DNA of 64,000 nt from Candidatus Omnitrophota bacterium (GCA_903944345.1 CAJARJ010000012.1:4266-68265), one strand, 5' to 3'. Positions 20,480 through 31,411 are shown, counted from the stretch's first letter. The notes: generated by a model from the sequence alone, not told the origin. Numbers and translations: made by a program.

Positions 20480-21217
20480 TTAAAAAGTATAATTAACTCC
20501 AGCCAGCAACTGAATATCCGATTTCTTGCTGCCTTCAGAAGGGGCGGTGTTATAGTCGAGAATATATCGCAACTCGGTGCTTAAACGATCAGTCAAAGGG
20601 TTTGAAAAAACGGTTTCCGACCGTATAGTCGATGCCACCTGCGCTTCCAGGCCAGGATAAATAACAAAATCTTCCGATAAAAAAGCTTTGCTGAAAACTG
20701 TTTTCTTCATAAAGGTATGGACAATAGCAGTCGGGAAAACGTCGTCCTCTGAAGGATTCACTCGGTGACGCTCGAAACGAACACCGAAACCGGCATCAAC
20801 AGACCATTCCCACTCTTTCAGACGCGCCAGGTGATAACCAAAACCTGCACTGGGCGTCAGGCGGTAATGGATATCAGCAAAACGGTCATGATCCGCCAGG
20901 AATTGATAGAAAGTAAACCATTCGCCTTCCTGAATAAAGTCATAGGAGTACCGACCGAGCACATCCCATTTTTGTCCATCCATTAAATCGTTGTTGGACG
21001 AATAAGACATGCCGCCCTTTAAAGAGGCCGCATGTCGGCCAGATAACCTGCCTAAGTCCAGACGCATATTCGCCACACTCTTGTTAGTATTGCCATTGGA
21101 ACGGTTATAGCCGGCAAAAATACCGCCTGTCAACGGCGTGGACGTCTGACCGGCAGAAACAAGGTTGTTCGAAAAGAAGACCACCGACAAAATTCCGATA
21201 AACAAGACCGTCTTCAC
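20480..21217 (-). CDS. DUF481-family outer-membrane beta-barrel protein
   Basis: 245 aa with a signal peptide, alternating beta-strand pattern and C-terminal aromatic residue (YTF). GTG start. Confidence 0.6.
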   Translation of the reverse strand: MKTVLFIGILSVVFFSNNLVSAGQTSTPLTGGIFAGYNRSNGNTNKSVANMRLDLGRLSGRHAASLKGGMSYSSNNDLMDGQKWDVLGRYSYDFIQEGEWFTFYQFLADHDRFADIHYRLTPSAGFGYHLARLKEWEWSVDAGFGVRFERHRVNPSEDDVFPTAIVHTFMKKTVFSKAFLSEDFVIYPGLEAQVASTIRSETVFSNPLTDRLSTELRYILDYNTAPSEGSKKSDIQLLAGVNYTF

Positions 21218-23100
21218 TATTTATCTCCTTTCTGCAGGGATAGAAAAACCGCTGTCATAGGTGCCAAGGCAATCTGACCAGAGATGGCCGCAAGAGGTTC
21301 TTGCTGGCCTCCGGCATAGCGCACGCTGTCCGTAGTAAAAAGCAGCCGGTAATCCGCTGATAAAAATGGCAATGTCAGCGTAACCGGACGAGAAGAAAAT
21401 GAATAAATCGCCGCAAAACGCTGCCCGCGACCAACGACATACTCTGCTGCCAGCCATGCTTCAGAGTCAGGCTCAAACTGATCTGAAATAATCACTCTGA
21501 CAATACGCCGTTTTGCAGACAGATGTTTCTTCCGGAGCCTCAAAAGATCCTGATAAAGTCGCAAAAGCGCTTTATGTGAGGGCTGAGATGGCAACGTCCA
21601 GTCCAGCCTGGACGAGAGAAATGTTTGCTCGGCTTTGGGATCAGAAACGGACGTCCAGCCAAAATACAAGAAATCTCTTTGCCTGCCCTCTCGAACTGCT
21701 TGAACAAGCTGGGCATCCTCGTGGTCAATAAAGTACTGAAACGGGGCCTGCTCACCATATTCTTCCCCCATGAAAAGCAAAGGAGTATACGGTGAGAGTA
21801 AAAGGAGTGTCGCGGCAAGCTTGCGAGCCTCAAAAGACAAAAGAGAGCCAAAACGATCCCCCAAAGCACGGTTACCCACCTGATCATGGTTCTGTATGGC
21901 AACAACCAGTCTTTCGGTAGGCAAATCTTTAACCACATTCCCATGACAACGATTGCGCACTCCTGAGTAAATACCGTCATAAACAAAACCGTCTGTCAGC
22001 GCTTTAGCCAAGTTCTGAAGTGAGCCGAAATCCCGGTAATAACCTGTCGATTCTTTTGTCAACAAAGTATGGACAGAGTGATGGAAATCATCACTCCACT
22101 GGGCAGCCAGACCATAACCACCTTTATCAACCGGACGAATCAGACGAGAATCATTCAGATCGCTTTCCGCAACAACAAAGGTTTTGCGTCCATAACGTTC
22201 GCCTTCGCTTTCAACCGCGGCATTAATCTCTTCAAGAATATGACGAGCCCCGAAATCGTAGATTGCATGTACCGCATCCAGTCGCAGAGCATCAATATGG
22301 AATTCACGCACCCAGTATCTGGCATTCTCGACAAAGAATTTGCGTACCGGACCACTGCTCCAGCCGTCGAAATTGACAGCTTCGCCCCAGGGAACATGAT
22401 AACGGGAAGTAAAATATGGCCCAAACTCACGTAAATAATTTCCTTCCGGACCAAGATGGTTATAAACCACATCCAGGCAAACCGCGATTCCCTCGCGATG
22501 ACTGGCATCAACCAGCGCTTTGAGTCCCTCACTTCCGCCGTAACAAGGCTGTACAGCGAAAAGACCCGTTCCATCATAGCCCCAATTACGTTCGCCGGGG
22601 AATCTGGCCACAGGCATAATTTCCAGCACATTGACACCGAGGCTTTTGAGATATGGGAGTTTTGTGCTAACGGCAGCAAAAGTCCCCTCGGGAGTGAATG
22701 TCCCGACATGCACTTCGTAAAAGACTGCGCGGGAAAGCTGAATTCCTTTCCAATCGTGATCAGTCCATGTAAAAGAATACGGGTCAACTATTTCAGCCGG
22801 ACCGTGCGGACTAAGCGCCAGAGAACGGGCGGCGGGATCAGGGCGTTCTCTGGTTTTATCTAAAAGATAGTAATATTGCATCCCGGCTGTAGCCCTGTTG
22901 GTCTCTATCCAGAAATAACCCTCATCATCTTTGAGCATTGGCAATAAGACGTCTCCCTGGCGAGTCCGAAGTTTAAGATCCACCTCCCTGCATAAAGGAG
23001 CCCAAACTCTGAAAGAATATGTACCCTGCCCTTTATAATTGGCACCCAGATCAAAAGGTAATTCTTTAGTCAAGTGTTGTTTCATAGACGCATCCCTCAA
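21217..23100 (-). CDS. treZ: Malto-oligosyltrehalose trehalohydrolase (TreZ, GH13)
   Basis: 627 aa with GH13 catalytic regions (DVVYNH, GFRLDAVHAI, EESDLND, FIQNHD). Confidence 0.88.
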   Translation of the reverse strand: MRDASMKQHLTKELPFDLGANYKGQGTYSFRVWAPLCREVDLKLRTRQGDVLLPMLKDDEGYFWIETNRATAGMQYYYLLDKTRERPDPAARSLALSPHGPAEIVDPYSFTWTDHDWKGIQLSRAVFYEVHVGTFTPEGTFAAVSTKLPYLKSLGVNVLEIMPVARFPGERNWGYDGTGLFAVQPCYGGSEGLKALVDASHREGIAVCLDVVYNHLGPEGNYLREFGPYFTSRYHVPWGEAVNFDGWSSGPVRKFFVENARYWVREFHIDALRLDAVHAIYDFGARHILEEINAAVESEGERYGRKTFVVAESDLNDSRLIRPVDKGGYGLAAQWSDDFHHSVHTLLTKESTGYYRDFGSLQNLAKALTDGFVYDGIYSGVRNRCHGNVVKDLPTERLVVAIQNHDQVGNRALGDRFGSLLSFEARKLAATLLLLSPYTPLLFMGEEYGEQAPFQYFIDHEDAQLVQAVREGRQRDFLYFGWTSVSDPKAEQTFLSSRLDWTLPSQPSHKALLRLYQDLLRLRKKHLSAKRRIVRVIISDQFEPDSEAWLAAEYVVGRGQRFAAIYSFSSRPVTLTLPFLSADYRLLFTTDSVRYAGGQQEPLAAISGQIALAPMTAVFLSLQKGDK

Positions 23101-26100
23101 GAGTCCTCCTGACCGGACAAAAGGCCGGTGAAAATATGCCTGAACACGTCTTTGGCCATAACATAACTGCCTTCGGAAGAGCGCTGCACGGAAACTGTCT
23201 CCCCTGTTAAGACATCTTTAAGCAGAGAAGGATATCTGATCCCTTCAGGAAGAATTATTCTGGTTTCTTGCCATATTTGAGCGGAAGACCGATATCCCGC
23301 TTGAAGCGTAGTTAGTTCCGTAAAGAAACGGGCCGCAGCCGTCAAAACAATTTTACCAGCACGCAGACGAACAAAAGCCACTATGTTTCTTTTTTTCACA
23401 CCCTCACAGGAGGCAGGCAGATACTGCCCCCCGATAAAAAGTTCCTTGTTATCGCGGCGGAAGCGCAAAATCCTGGAAAGAAAGAAAAGTTTAAGTTTGT
23501 CCAGATCAACAATACCGGAAGCTGACATAGTATTGGACAGAAAACTTTCCGGGACATTTTCATTTCCAAGCTTTTCCCATAAATTCTGGCGATAATTAAA
23601 ATCCACCGGACGACGATTATCAGGATCAACCAGAGCGTAATTCCAGAGTTCATCCCCTTGGTAAATATCAACCACGCCTGGGGAGCATATCTTCAAAAGA
23701 ATAGCTGAAAATGAATTCAGCTTCCCGTAGAATGAAATTCTATTATGAAACATTTTAAAACTCTTTATAAAAGGATCTGTCTCAACCGGCTTGAGAAGAG
23801 AATCAGTAAAAGTTCTCACTGCTCCCTCATATCCCAAATCGGGCCTTATCCAGCTGGTATAAACCTTGGCCTCGCGTACCGATTTAAGGACGACCGTCCA
23901 CAATCTCTCGCGAAACGCAGGAAGGTCAGCAGCGGTTAGTCCCTGGTCGGGCCAGACTCCAAGCAAGGTTTGATAAATGGCATACTCCGTATTTCTGCGT
24001 GGCTCCAAAGTTCCCGCCAGGTCTGTTTTGCCGCTTTCGTTCATGAGAGCCCATTCGTTTATCAGGCACTGCCACTCCCCAGGGATTTCGCTCAGGACAT
24101 TAAGGCGCATGCGTACATCTTCACTCCGCTTAGTGTCATGTGTCGAAGACGCCAGGAGGCTGCACGTCCAGCATTTTGCAGCCTGGGAATTGCGAAGATG
24201 AAAATCCTCAACCGAGTACCCGAAATGCAGTGGGTCTCCCCCGACTTCATTCAGAGAGAGTAGACGGTTATAAACAAAAAAAGCAGTATCCTCGACGCCT
24301 TTAGCCATGATAGGGCCAGTCAGCTGCTGGAACCGCATCAGAAAATCCCGGAGCCTGACCTGACTATCGCTGTCTTCAGGGGAATAGGCTCGCAGCAAAA
24401 GAACATCCTGAAGAAAGTCATAAACAGCAGGATTAAGAGCCGGAGTTTTTTTCTTGGCCTTGCGAACTGCCATCTGAATATATTGAACATCTTTCTCTCC
24501 GAGCACCTGGGCTCCGGGCGAAACATAGGTTCTGTAAACGGGAAAACAGGCAATCACTTCACGGATAGCCAAAGTGAGGTCATTTCTGGTAAAGTCCCGG
24601 AAACGACGATTAGCCACAGTGATATGATCCAGCCGGTTGCCCAGGGCATTGATTTCACTGGCCATGTGCACCAGGGCAAAGAATTTCTTTTTGGAATAAA
24701 CCAGCTCCTCAAAATCAATCTTGTGACCGATAAAATCATCGTAAAGACGCGAAAAAGAACCTTCATTGTGCTGATTGACAAAAAGACCGTTGGCGGCGTT
24801 CATAAAATCGTAGCCGACAGTGCCGTGAATACTCCAGTCGCCGGGTAGTTGCTCCCGCCGGTCAAGAATTTTCTCTCCAACAACAAAGAATCCGGAGGCT
24901 ACACCTCCACCATCAAGAAGACGGTCAAGAACCTCACGCGCCGCTGCGACATCAAAAATATTACCTCCCTGCGTAAAGGCAGGATCCTGGTCACACTCTC
25001 CTAGAATCATATTCAGAAAACATTCCCGCTGAATCAACCTGAAATAGGCAGTCGGATCATAAAGACCGTCCGGATGATCAATGCGCAGGCCGGAAATTTT
25101 TCCCCGGCGAATAAGATCGAAAACATAAGCATGATAATGCAGAAAAACATTCTCGTTTTCTGTATGAATAGCCGCCAGATCATTGATATTAAAGAAACGT
25201 CTGTAGTTGATCTCCTGTGCAGCCACACTCCATAACCCCAGTCGGTACGCCTGGGCGTTAAGCAAGGCATCCAGCTGATCAAAACTGTGCTCATCCCCTT
25301 TACGACCGTTAAAGATTACAAGACGCGAGTGCACAAAGTCTCTGATTACCGGAGAAACAATTAAAAGACTGGCCAGCCGCCTTTTGGCAATTTCTTTCTC
25401 GCGATTACGCTCGGAAATTTTTTGAGGATCGGATTCACCGCGGGAAGGAAGATTCCTTAAAGCTGTGCTTATGCTCAGATATTCTTCAAGTTCTCTTTTG
25501 TCGCTCCCGAAAGAACCTATGAGATCCTGCAGCCCATATTCCAGAATCAAAGGATAAGTACGCGGATCGACCGGAAAGCAGCGTTCGTAATAATGGACTG
25601 AAAATCCTCCATCATTTAGAACCAGCCGGATCTCCTGGTTTTCCAGCACCCGTCCATAGAAGTCCCCCAGAACCGGCAAAAGAATTTTTCCGGAAAGTTT
25701 TCGGGTAGGCGGGTCCCAATCAATATCAAAAAAACCGGCATAAAGGGAACTCTGTCCATTCTCCAGAACATCCATCCACCAGCGGTTACTTTCGCCAAAT
25801 ATGCCCATATGATTGGGTACAACATCCAGAATTTGCCCCATTCCATGATCTGTCAAAACCGCACAAAAACGCTCATAATCCTCCGTGGAACCGATTTCGG
25901 GATTTAACCTGTTGGGATCAGTGACATCATAACCATGCAAACTGCCAGGAACCGCCTGAAAAAACGGCGAGCAATAAACAGCCTCAATACCAATCTCTTT
26001 TAAATACGGAATCAAAGCAAGCGCGTCGCTGAAAGTAAAATTCCTATTAAACTGGAGCCGATAAATCGAAGAAGGTATATAAAGAGAGCGAGCTTTCTTG

Positions 26101-26180
26101 ATAATCCAGGAGCTTAATTTCTCCTCACTCAAAACAATCCTGTTTTCTGCGATCACTTTATCGTTTAAATCCGCTACCAA
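23097..26180 (-). CDS. treY: Malto-oligosyltrehalose synthase (TreY)
   Basis: 1027 aa. The N terminus (YRLQFNRNFTFSDALALIPYLKEIGIEAVYCSPFFQA...GYDV) and overall length are GH13 TreY-like, with insertions. Confidence 0.85.
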   Translation of the reverse strand: MVADLNDKVIAENRIVLSEEKLSSWIIKKARSLYIPSSIYRLQFNRNFTFSDALALIPYLKEIGIEAVYCSPFFQAVPGSLHGYDVTDPNRLNPEIGSTEDYERFCAVLTDHGMGQILDVVPNHMGIFGESNRWWMDVLENGQSSLYAGFFDIDWDPPTRKLSGKILLPVLGDFYGRVLENQEIRLVLNDGGFSVHYYERCFPVDPRTYPLILEYGLQDLIGSFGSDKRELEEYLSISTALRNLPSRGESDPQKISERNREKEIAKRRLASLLIVSPVIRDFVHSRLVIFNGRKGDEHSFDQLDALLNAQAYRLGLWSVAAQEINYRRFFNINDLAAIHTENENVFLHYHAYVFDLIRRGKISGLRIDHPDGLYDPTAYFRLIQRECFLNMILGECDQDPAFTQGGNIFDVAAAREVLDRLLDGGGVASGFFVVGEKILDRREQLPGDWSIHGTVGYDFMNAANGLFVNQHNEGSFSRLYDDFIGHKIDFEELVYSKKKFFALVHMASEINALGNRLDHITVANRRFRDFTRNDLTLAIREVIACFPVYRTYVSPGAQVLGEKDVQYIQMAVRKAKKKTPALNPAVYDFLQDVLLLRAYSPEDSDSQVRLRDFLMRFQQLTGPIMAKGVEDTAFFVYNRLLSLNEVGGDPLHFGYSVEDFHLRNSQAAKCWTCSLLASSTHDTKRSEDVRMRLNVLSEIPGEWQCLINEWALMNESGKTDLAGTLEPRRNTEYAIYQTLLGVWPDQGLTAADLPAFRERLWTVVLKSVREAKVYTSWIRPDLGYEGAVRTFTDSLLKPVETDPFIKSFKMFHNRISFYGKLNSFSAILLKICSPGVVDIYQGDELWNYALVDPDNRRPVDFNYRQNLWEKLGNENVPESFLSNTMSASGIVDLDKLKLFFLSRILRFRRDNKELFIGGQYLPASCEGVKKRNIVAFVRLRAGKIVLTAAARFFTELTTLQAGYRSSAQIWQETRIILPEGIRYPSLLKDVLTGETVSVQRSSEGSYVMAKDVFRHIFTGLLSGQEDS

Positions 26181-26304
26181 AACAGCCTCCTTTGTTATCC
26201 CTGCGTCCTGACCAAAAACAATGCCAAAGATTTACCGGGAAAAGAAATTTCCGAATGTCTTTGTGGTCAGAAAAACGCTTATTGACCTGTCTTGAAGCTT
26301 ATAC

Positions 26305-27984
26305 TCACTGCCTCCGGAAACTTTGATTGAATCTGTTACAGGCGTGGCAATAGGCATTATTATTGCCCAGCTGAGTCCGGCCGGTTTCGTCACCGGCCAG
26401 TAACATCGGAACACCCTGAGATAAAATAAGTGTTGCCAGAAGATTGCGTTTTTGTTTTTCCCGTAAAGCTTTAATGGCAGGATCAGCTGTCGGGCCTTCC
26501 ACACCGCAATTCCAGCTTAAATTATCGTTTGTCCCGTCAATATTGTTATCACCATTGGCTTCATTATGTTTATGATTATAACTCACCTGATCATTAAGCG
26601 TGAAACCGTCATGGCATGTCACAAAATTAATGCTGGCTGACGGCCGACGACCGCTTGATTCATACAGATCACTGCTTCCGCTTAAACGGGTGGCAAACTC
26701 GCCCAAAGTACCTCCGTCATTCTTCCAGAAACGCCGGACTGCGTCTCGATACAAGCCATTCCACTCGGTCCAACCGACAGGAAAATTCCCAACCTGATAG
26801 CCGCCATGGCCCAAATCCCATGGTTCAGCAATCAGTTTGACCTGGGAGAGGACAGGATCCTGACAAATAACATCAAAGAAAGCACTTAACTTGTTAACTT
26901 CATACAGCTCGCGCGCCAGGGCACTGGCCAGATCAAAACGAAAACCGTCAACATGCATCTCCAGAACCCAATATCTAAGGCTGTCCATGATAAGTTGAAG
27001 AACACGCGGGTGCTGTAAGTTAAGGGTATTCCCACATCCGGTAAAATCTTCATAATAGCGGCGATTATTTCTGACCAGCCTGTAATAAGCCGCGTTATCC
27101 ACACCCCGGAAGGACAGTGTTGGCCCGAAATGATTACCCTCAGCCGTATGATTGTAAACTACATCCAGAATGACTTCAATCCCCACCAGATGAAATGAGC
27201 GGACCATCCGTTTAAACTCGTCAATGGCCCCCTGCTCAGTCCGGGAAGCCGCATAGCGCAGATCAGGAGCAAAGAAAGAAAGGGTGTTATACCCCCAGTA
27301 ATTACTTAGGCCTTTTGCCAGAAGATGACGATCATCAACAAAATGGTGCACAGGCATAAGCTCCAGCGTAGTTACACCCAGATCTTTTAGATAATGAATA
27401 ACGGCATCAGAAGATAATCCTTCATAGGTTCCCCTGAGATTCGGCGGCACCCGGGGATGTAATTTGGTAAACCCTTTCACATGCAGTTCATAAATCAGGG
27501 TACGGTGCCAGGCAACCCTGGGTGGACGATCATTTCCCCAGTCAAAATGCGGGTCAACAACCGCCGCAAGCGGAACATACGCCGCATTATCCCGCTCATC
27601 GTAAGAAAGGTCCCCCCGCGGATCTCCGATGCGATAAGCAAACAGTTCATCCTGCCATTCGAGCCTGCGGCCAATAGCCCTGGCGTAAGGATCAAGGACA
27701 ATTTTATTAGGATTAAAACGATGCCCAAGTTCCGGTTGATACGGGCCATGCACCCTGTAGCCGTAAAGAAATCCTGGCCAAGCTCCAGGCAGATAACAAT
27801 GCCAGACCTGATCGGTATGCTCCCGCATCTGAATACGGAGAACCTCTTTCGTTTTGTCTGCCGAATCAAAAAGACAAAGCTCAACCTTGGTAGCATTCTC
27901 GGAAAAAAGGGCAAAATTGACCCCTTGCTCATCGCGCGTTGCCCCTAAAGGATATGGACGTCCCGGTCAGATATTTATAGCCAT
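26305..27984 (-). pseudogene. glgX: Glycogen debranching enzyme GlgX/TreX homolog with an in-frame TGA at codon 6 and no C-terminal domain
   Basis: From the ATG at 27984 the translation reads [42 protein letters not shown]..., which then joins the track ORF ([15 protein letters not shown]... from 27828). The protein stops 13 aa after GNNNAYC, so about 100 aa of the isoamylase C-terminal domain are absent. Confidence 0.55.
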
Positions 27985-28381
27985 AAATTATTCTTTCAGT
28001 TCTTTTGTATAAAAAGCGTTTGAGTAGGATAAGCAAATTCTATCCCGCGCTTTCCGAATTCTTCCCTGATCGCAAGATTGATCTCTTGCTGGATATCCAT
28101 ATAAATATTGTAATCAGGACCCAGCACATAATAAACGATTTCAAAAACCAGACTGAAATCACCATAACTGGAAAAATGCGCGCGGTCAAAAACGCAGCCA
28201 TTTTTCCTGATAATGCTTTCCAGAACTCCCGGAATTTACTTGAATCTTTCAAGTTGCTCGCCGCCGGGCTGCGTAAGCGAGTTGCTTTAATGCCGATATA
28301 CTTGACCGTACCTATAATGAATAGCCGAGAAAGACAACGATACTGCGAGCTACCAGAAAAGCGATCGCTGCCAGCTGAACA

Positions 28382-28426
28382 GAACCCAAAAAGGCCGCCT
28401 CCGGTTAAAAAAACCAGATGGCGGCC
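28382..28426 (-). terminator. Rho-independent terminator after the ptsN-like gene
   Basis: Minus strand GGCCGCC-(20-nt loop with inner CCGGTT/AACCAG pairing)-GGCGGCC followed by TTTTTGGGTTC. Confidence 0.65.
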
Positions 28427-28480
28427 CGACCATCAATGCTCCCTCTGAAGGAAAAATTCTTCAGACCCCGTTTATCCGTT

Positions 28481-28972
28481 TCAGTCAAGAAAGAGCGCCG
28501 CAACCTCCTCAGCATTCACCGAAGCAAGAATCCGCATCCTGTTATCCTGATCCTTGACACTTCTTAGAATCTTGCCCAACAAATGAAGATATGACAACTG
28601 ATCATTCTGCGGACCGCCTATAAGAAAAACCAGATTAACCGGCTTCTGATCGGGAGCATCCCAGTTAACCGCAGAATCCACGATGGCGGTCAAAACAAAA
28701 AAACGGCTAATTCCCGAAAGACGGGCGTGCGGGATGGCAATACCATCACCAATAGCAGTACTGCAAATGCCTTCGCGGGCGTAAATCGCGGACTGAAATG
28801 AGCCAATGTCCTCAACAAGACCCAATTCGACTGCCTTTTGACACAAAGCGTCCAGCACTTCTTTCCTGGAATGCTCATACATAAAGAAAACGGTATTGCG
28901 ATTAACAAGCTGTTCTATATCCACAAGGATGCTACTCCCCTGATTTGTTTCGTTGCGGGTAACTGCCAGCAT
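28481..28972 (-). CDS. ptsN: PTS EIIA-type 2 domain protein (PtsN/EIIA-Ntr-like)
   Basis: EIIA_2 fold with the phosphorylatable His motif GDGIAIPHAR. A possible alternative start lies at 28882 (MYEHS...). Confidence 0.7.
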   Translation of the reverse strand: MLAVTRNETNQGSSILVDIEQLVNRNTVFFMYEHSRKEVLDALCQKAVELGLVEDIGSFQSAIYAREGICSTAIGDGIAIPHARLSGISRFFVLTAIVDSAVNWDAPDQKPVNLVFLIGGPQNDQLSYLHLLGKILRSVKDQDNRMRILASVNAEEVAALFLD

Positions 28973-30707
28973 AAATCAATTTCTCCTGTCCATCTAGTGT
29001 CACAATCTGGTCATCCTTAAGGTTAGACATTGCCTTAAAAGCTCCTGCCAGTGCGACCAATCTCGGGTTTATTGTAAAGATATCACTCCAACTCATCGAA
29101 GAAAACTCTTCAAGAATATAACCGCCAACTTTTTTCAAAACCGGTTCAAAGGACATATCAATATATTTCGTGAGCAGAATCTCTGTACCATCTCCGGTTA
29201 TTCTCTGCAGCGCTTCTTCCAAACCCGATACTTTGACAATACGGCCGGAAAAAGTTGAGCCATAGCCCCGCAATCCTTTACCGATAACATCCGCAACCAT
29301 GAAAACCCGGATATTGTTCACCATAATCGGTGAATCAATGGGGATGCCTGAAAGAATAACAACTTTGTCAAACGGCTTGATCACACCGTGCTGCTGACCG
29401 AGCGAAATCGCATTGGCCAAGACGGAATCCGAATCATTCTCCGTACTGGAAATAATCGGAATAACACCCCAATAAAGTAAAAGCTTGCGGCGCACATCTT
29501 CATAAGGTGTTACCGCCACAATATGCTGATCCGGACGGTACTTGCTGATCAGTTTGGGAGTATTTCCACGCAAAGTTGGCGTCACAATAGCATCGGCTTT
29601 GATATCCCTGGCCACCAGAAATGCCGAGCGGGCAACCGTATCGGCAATATTGATTTGTCTGGAATCACTAAAAAGATTTCGGGCCTTGGAATACTCTGCC
29701 GACCCCTCAATCTCAAGAGCAATCTTGTGCATCATCTGAACCGTCTGTATCGGATAAGACCCGCTGGCAGTCTCACCGGACAGCATAATAGCGTCAGTCC
29801 CGTCAAGAATAGCATTGGCCACATCCGTAATCTCGGCCCGTGTAGGCATAGGGTTGCGGATCATGGATTCAAGCATCTGGGTAGCGGTAATAACCGGTTT
29901 ATTGTTTCTGTTGCACTTCTGGATAATACGTTTCTGGGCCAGAGGGATTTCTTCAGGACGCAACTGCACCCCCAGATCCCCGCGCGCCACCATCACACCG
30001 TTCGAGACCCGGATAATCTCGTCGACATTCTGCAACCCTTCCTCATCCTCCACTTTCGCAATAATATCAACATTGCTGTCAGCGATATCAATCGCGGCAC
30101 GAATTTCCTTGATGTCGCTTGGCTTGCGGATAAAAGAAGCCGCAATAAAATCAACCCCCTGTGCTATCCCGAACATGAGGTCTTCCAGATCCTGTCCGGT
30201 GACCGCTGGCAAAGAGGTTCTGACGCCAATAACGTTGACATTTTTATAGCTTCCGATCCGGGCATCATTTTTAATCAGACAAAGGATCAGCTGACCTTCA
30301 ACTTTCTCGACTTCCAGGTTTACAAGCCCGTCCGCAATAAAGATCTGTTTGCCAGGAGAAACTTCAGTCGGCAAATTTTTGTATGAAATCCCGAGCAGCT
30401 CGGCTGTGCCTTCCACCTGCTCGGTCGTAAGCGTAATGTGTCTACCCTTGACCAGTTCGATCATTTCGTTATTTCTGGTCATGCCGGTCCGGATTTCGGG
30501 TCCCTTGGTGTCCAGAAGAAGGGCAACCGGAATTGAGGTCTTGCGACTTGCGTCCTTGACGATATCCATCCGTTCCTTATGCTGGGCATGATTGCCGTGA
30601 GAAAAATTAAACCTGGCAACATTCATCCCTGCATAAAGCAACCCCTTGACCGTCTCAATATCCTGACTCGCCGGGCCTATAGTGCAGATAATTTTTGTTT
30701 TGCGCAT
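28932..30707 (-). CDS. pyk: Pyruvate kinase with a C-terminal PEP-utilizer domain
   Basis: 591 aa, with MRKTKIICTIGPAS and the NFSHG and DTKGPEIRTG motifs. A C-terminal PEP-utilizing-enzyme-like extension (GGRTSHAA-like region) is present, as in long Pyk forms. Confidence 0.88.
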   Translation of the reverse strand: MRKTKIICTIGPASQDIETVKGLLYAGMNVARFNFSHGNHAQHKERMDIVKDASRKTSIPVALLLDTKGPEIRTGMTRNNEMIELVKGRHITLTTEQVEGTAELLGISYKNLPTEVSPGKQIFIADGLVNLEVEKVEGQLILCLIKNDARIGSYKNVNVIGVRTSLPAVTGQDLEDLMFGIAQGVDFIAASFIRKPSDIKEIRAAIDIADSNVDIIAKVEDEEGLQNVDEIIRVSNGVMVARGDLGVQLRPEEIPLAQKRIIQKCNRNNKPVITATQMLESMIRNPMPTRAEITDVANAILDGTDAIMLSGETASGSYPIQTVQMMHKIALEIEGSAEYSKARNLFSDSRQINIADTVARSAFLVARDIKADAIVTPTLRGNTPKLISKYRPDQHIVAVTPYEDVRRKLLLYWGVIPIISSTENDSDSVLANAISLGQQHGVIKPFDKVVILSGIPIDSPIMVNNIRVFMVADVIGKGLRGYGSTFSGRIVKVSGLEEALQRITGDGTEILLTKYIDMSFEPVLKKVGGYILEEFSSMSWSDIFTINPRLVALAGAFKAMSNLKDDQIVTLDGQEKLIYAGSYPQRNKSGE

Positions 30708-30715
30708 AAAATATT

Positions 30716-31411
30716 TTACCTTCCACGTTCCAGAGCATTCAACAAAGCGTTCATGACCCGGTTAATTTCCGTAAAGCGCGGGCCATCAGCCAGGATTTCT
30801 TTCTCGGCCTGGACATAGCAGGATGGAACAAGTTCCTGGCGACAATGACTGAGCATCAACCTCGCAGACTCGGGTGTTGTCTCCAGATGGAACTGTAATC
30901 CTACCACGCAACCAGCAAAAATAAAACCCTGATTTTTACAAGCATCGCTCGCGGCTATCGGCAGAGCCCCGTCAGGGATATCAAACGTGTCCCCGTGCCA
31001 GTGAAAAACCTTCAGCTTTTGCGGAAAGACAGCGTCCAAAGCCGTAGCTTCCAGTCCGGGCATACGACAGATATCAAACCATCCGATCTCGGGATATTTG
31101 TTCTTGTAAACCCTGGCGCCCAGAACTTCAGCCAGCAATTGCGCCCCCAGACAGATTCCCAGAATTGTTTTGCCCGAATCAATAGCCTTACGGATAAAAG
31201 ATTTCTCCTGCACCAGCCAGGGATACTCTTTCTCATCCCCGACGCTCATGGGGCCTCCCAACACTATCAACCAATCAACTTCCTCCAGTAAAGGCAAAGC
31301 ATCTCCCTCAAACATACGCGTACAGGATAGAGTGTGCCCTTTGCGCTCCAGTTCCGGTGCAATACTTCCCAACCCCTCAAAAGCAACATGCTGTAAATAA
31401 TGAACCCGCAT
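30716..31411 (-). CDS. Class I glutamine amidotransferase-like protein
   Basis: 231 aa GATase1 fold with ILGICLGAQLL (catalytic Cys) and FHWHGD (His). Confidence 0.75.
   Translation of the reverse strand: MRVHYLQHVAFEGLGSIAPELERKGHTLSCTRMFEGDALPLLEEVDWLIVLGGPMSVGDEKEYPWLVQEKSFIRKAIDSGKTILGICLGAQLLAEVLGARVYKNKYPEIGWFDICRMPGLEATALDAVFPQKLKVFHWHGDTFDIPDGALPIAASDACKNQGFIFAGCVVGLQFHLETTPESARLMLSHCRQELVPSCYVQAEKEILADGPRFTEINRVMNALLNALERGR

Noticed and set aside
23097-26180. Considered the 1027-aa treY to be a gene fusion because of its length
   Set aside because: N- and C-terminal regions both align as TreY. The extra length appears to be internal insertions rather than a second domain.
27967-27969. 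Considered the in-frame TGA in glgX as selenocysteine
   Set aside because: GlgX is not a selenoprotein family, no SECIS-like hairpin follows, and the gene is also C-terminally truncated. A nonsense mutation or sequencing error is far more likely.
28005-28448. 147-aa plus-strand ORF in the glgX upstream region
   Set aside because: It overlaps the true glgX 5' end and the ptsN terminator hairpin, and has no SD or domain. It more likely reflects non-coding promoter or leader DNA.
29523-30386. 287-aa plus-strand ORF
   Set aside because: It is antisense to pyruvate kinase with no motifs, a shadow ORF.
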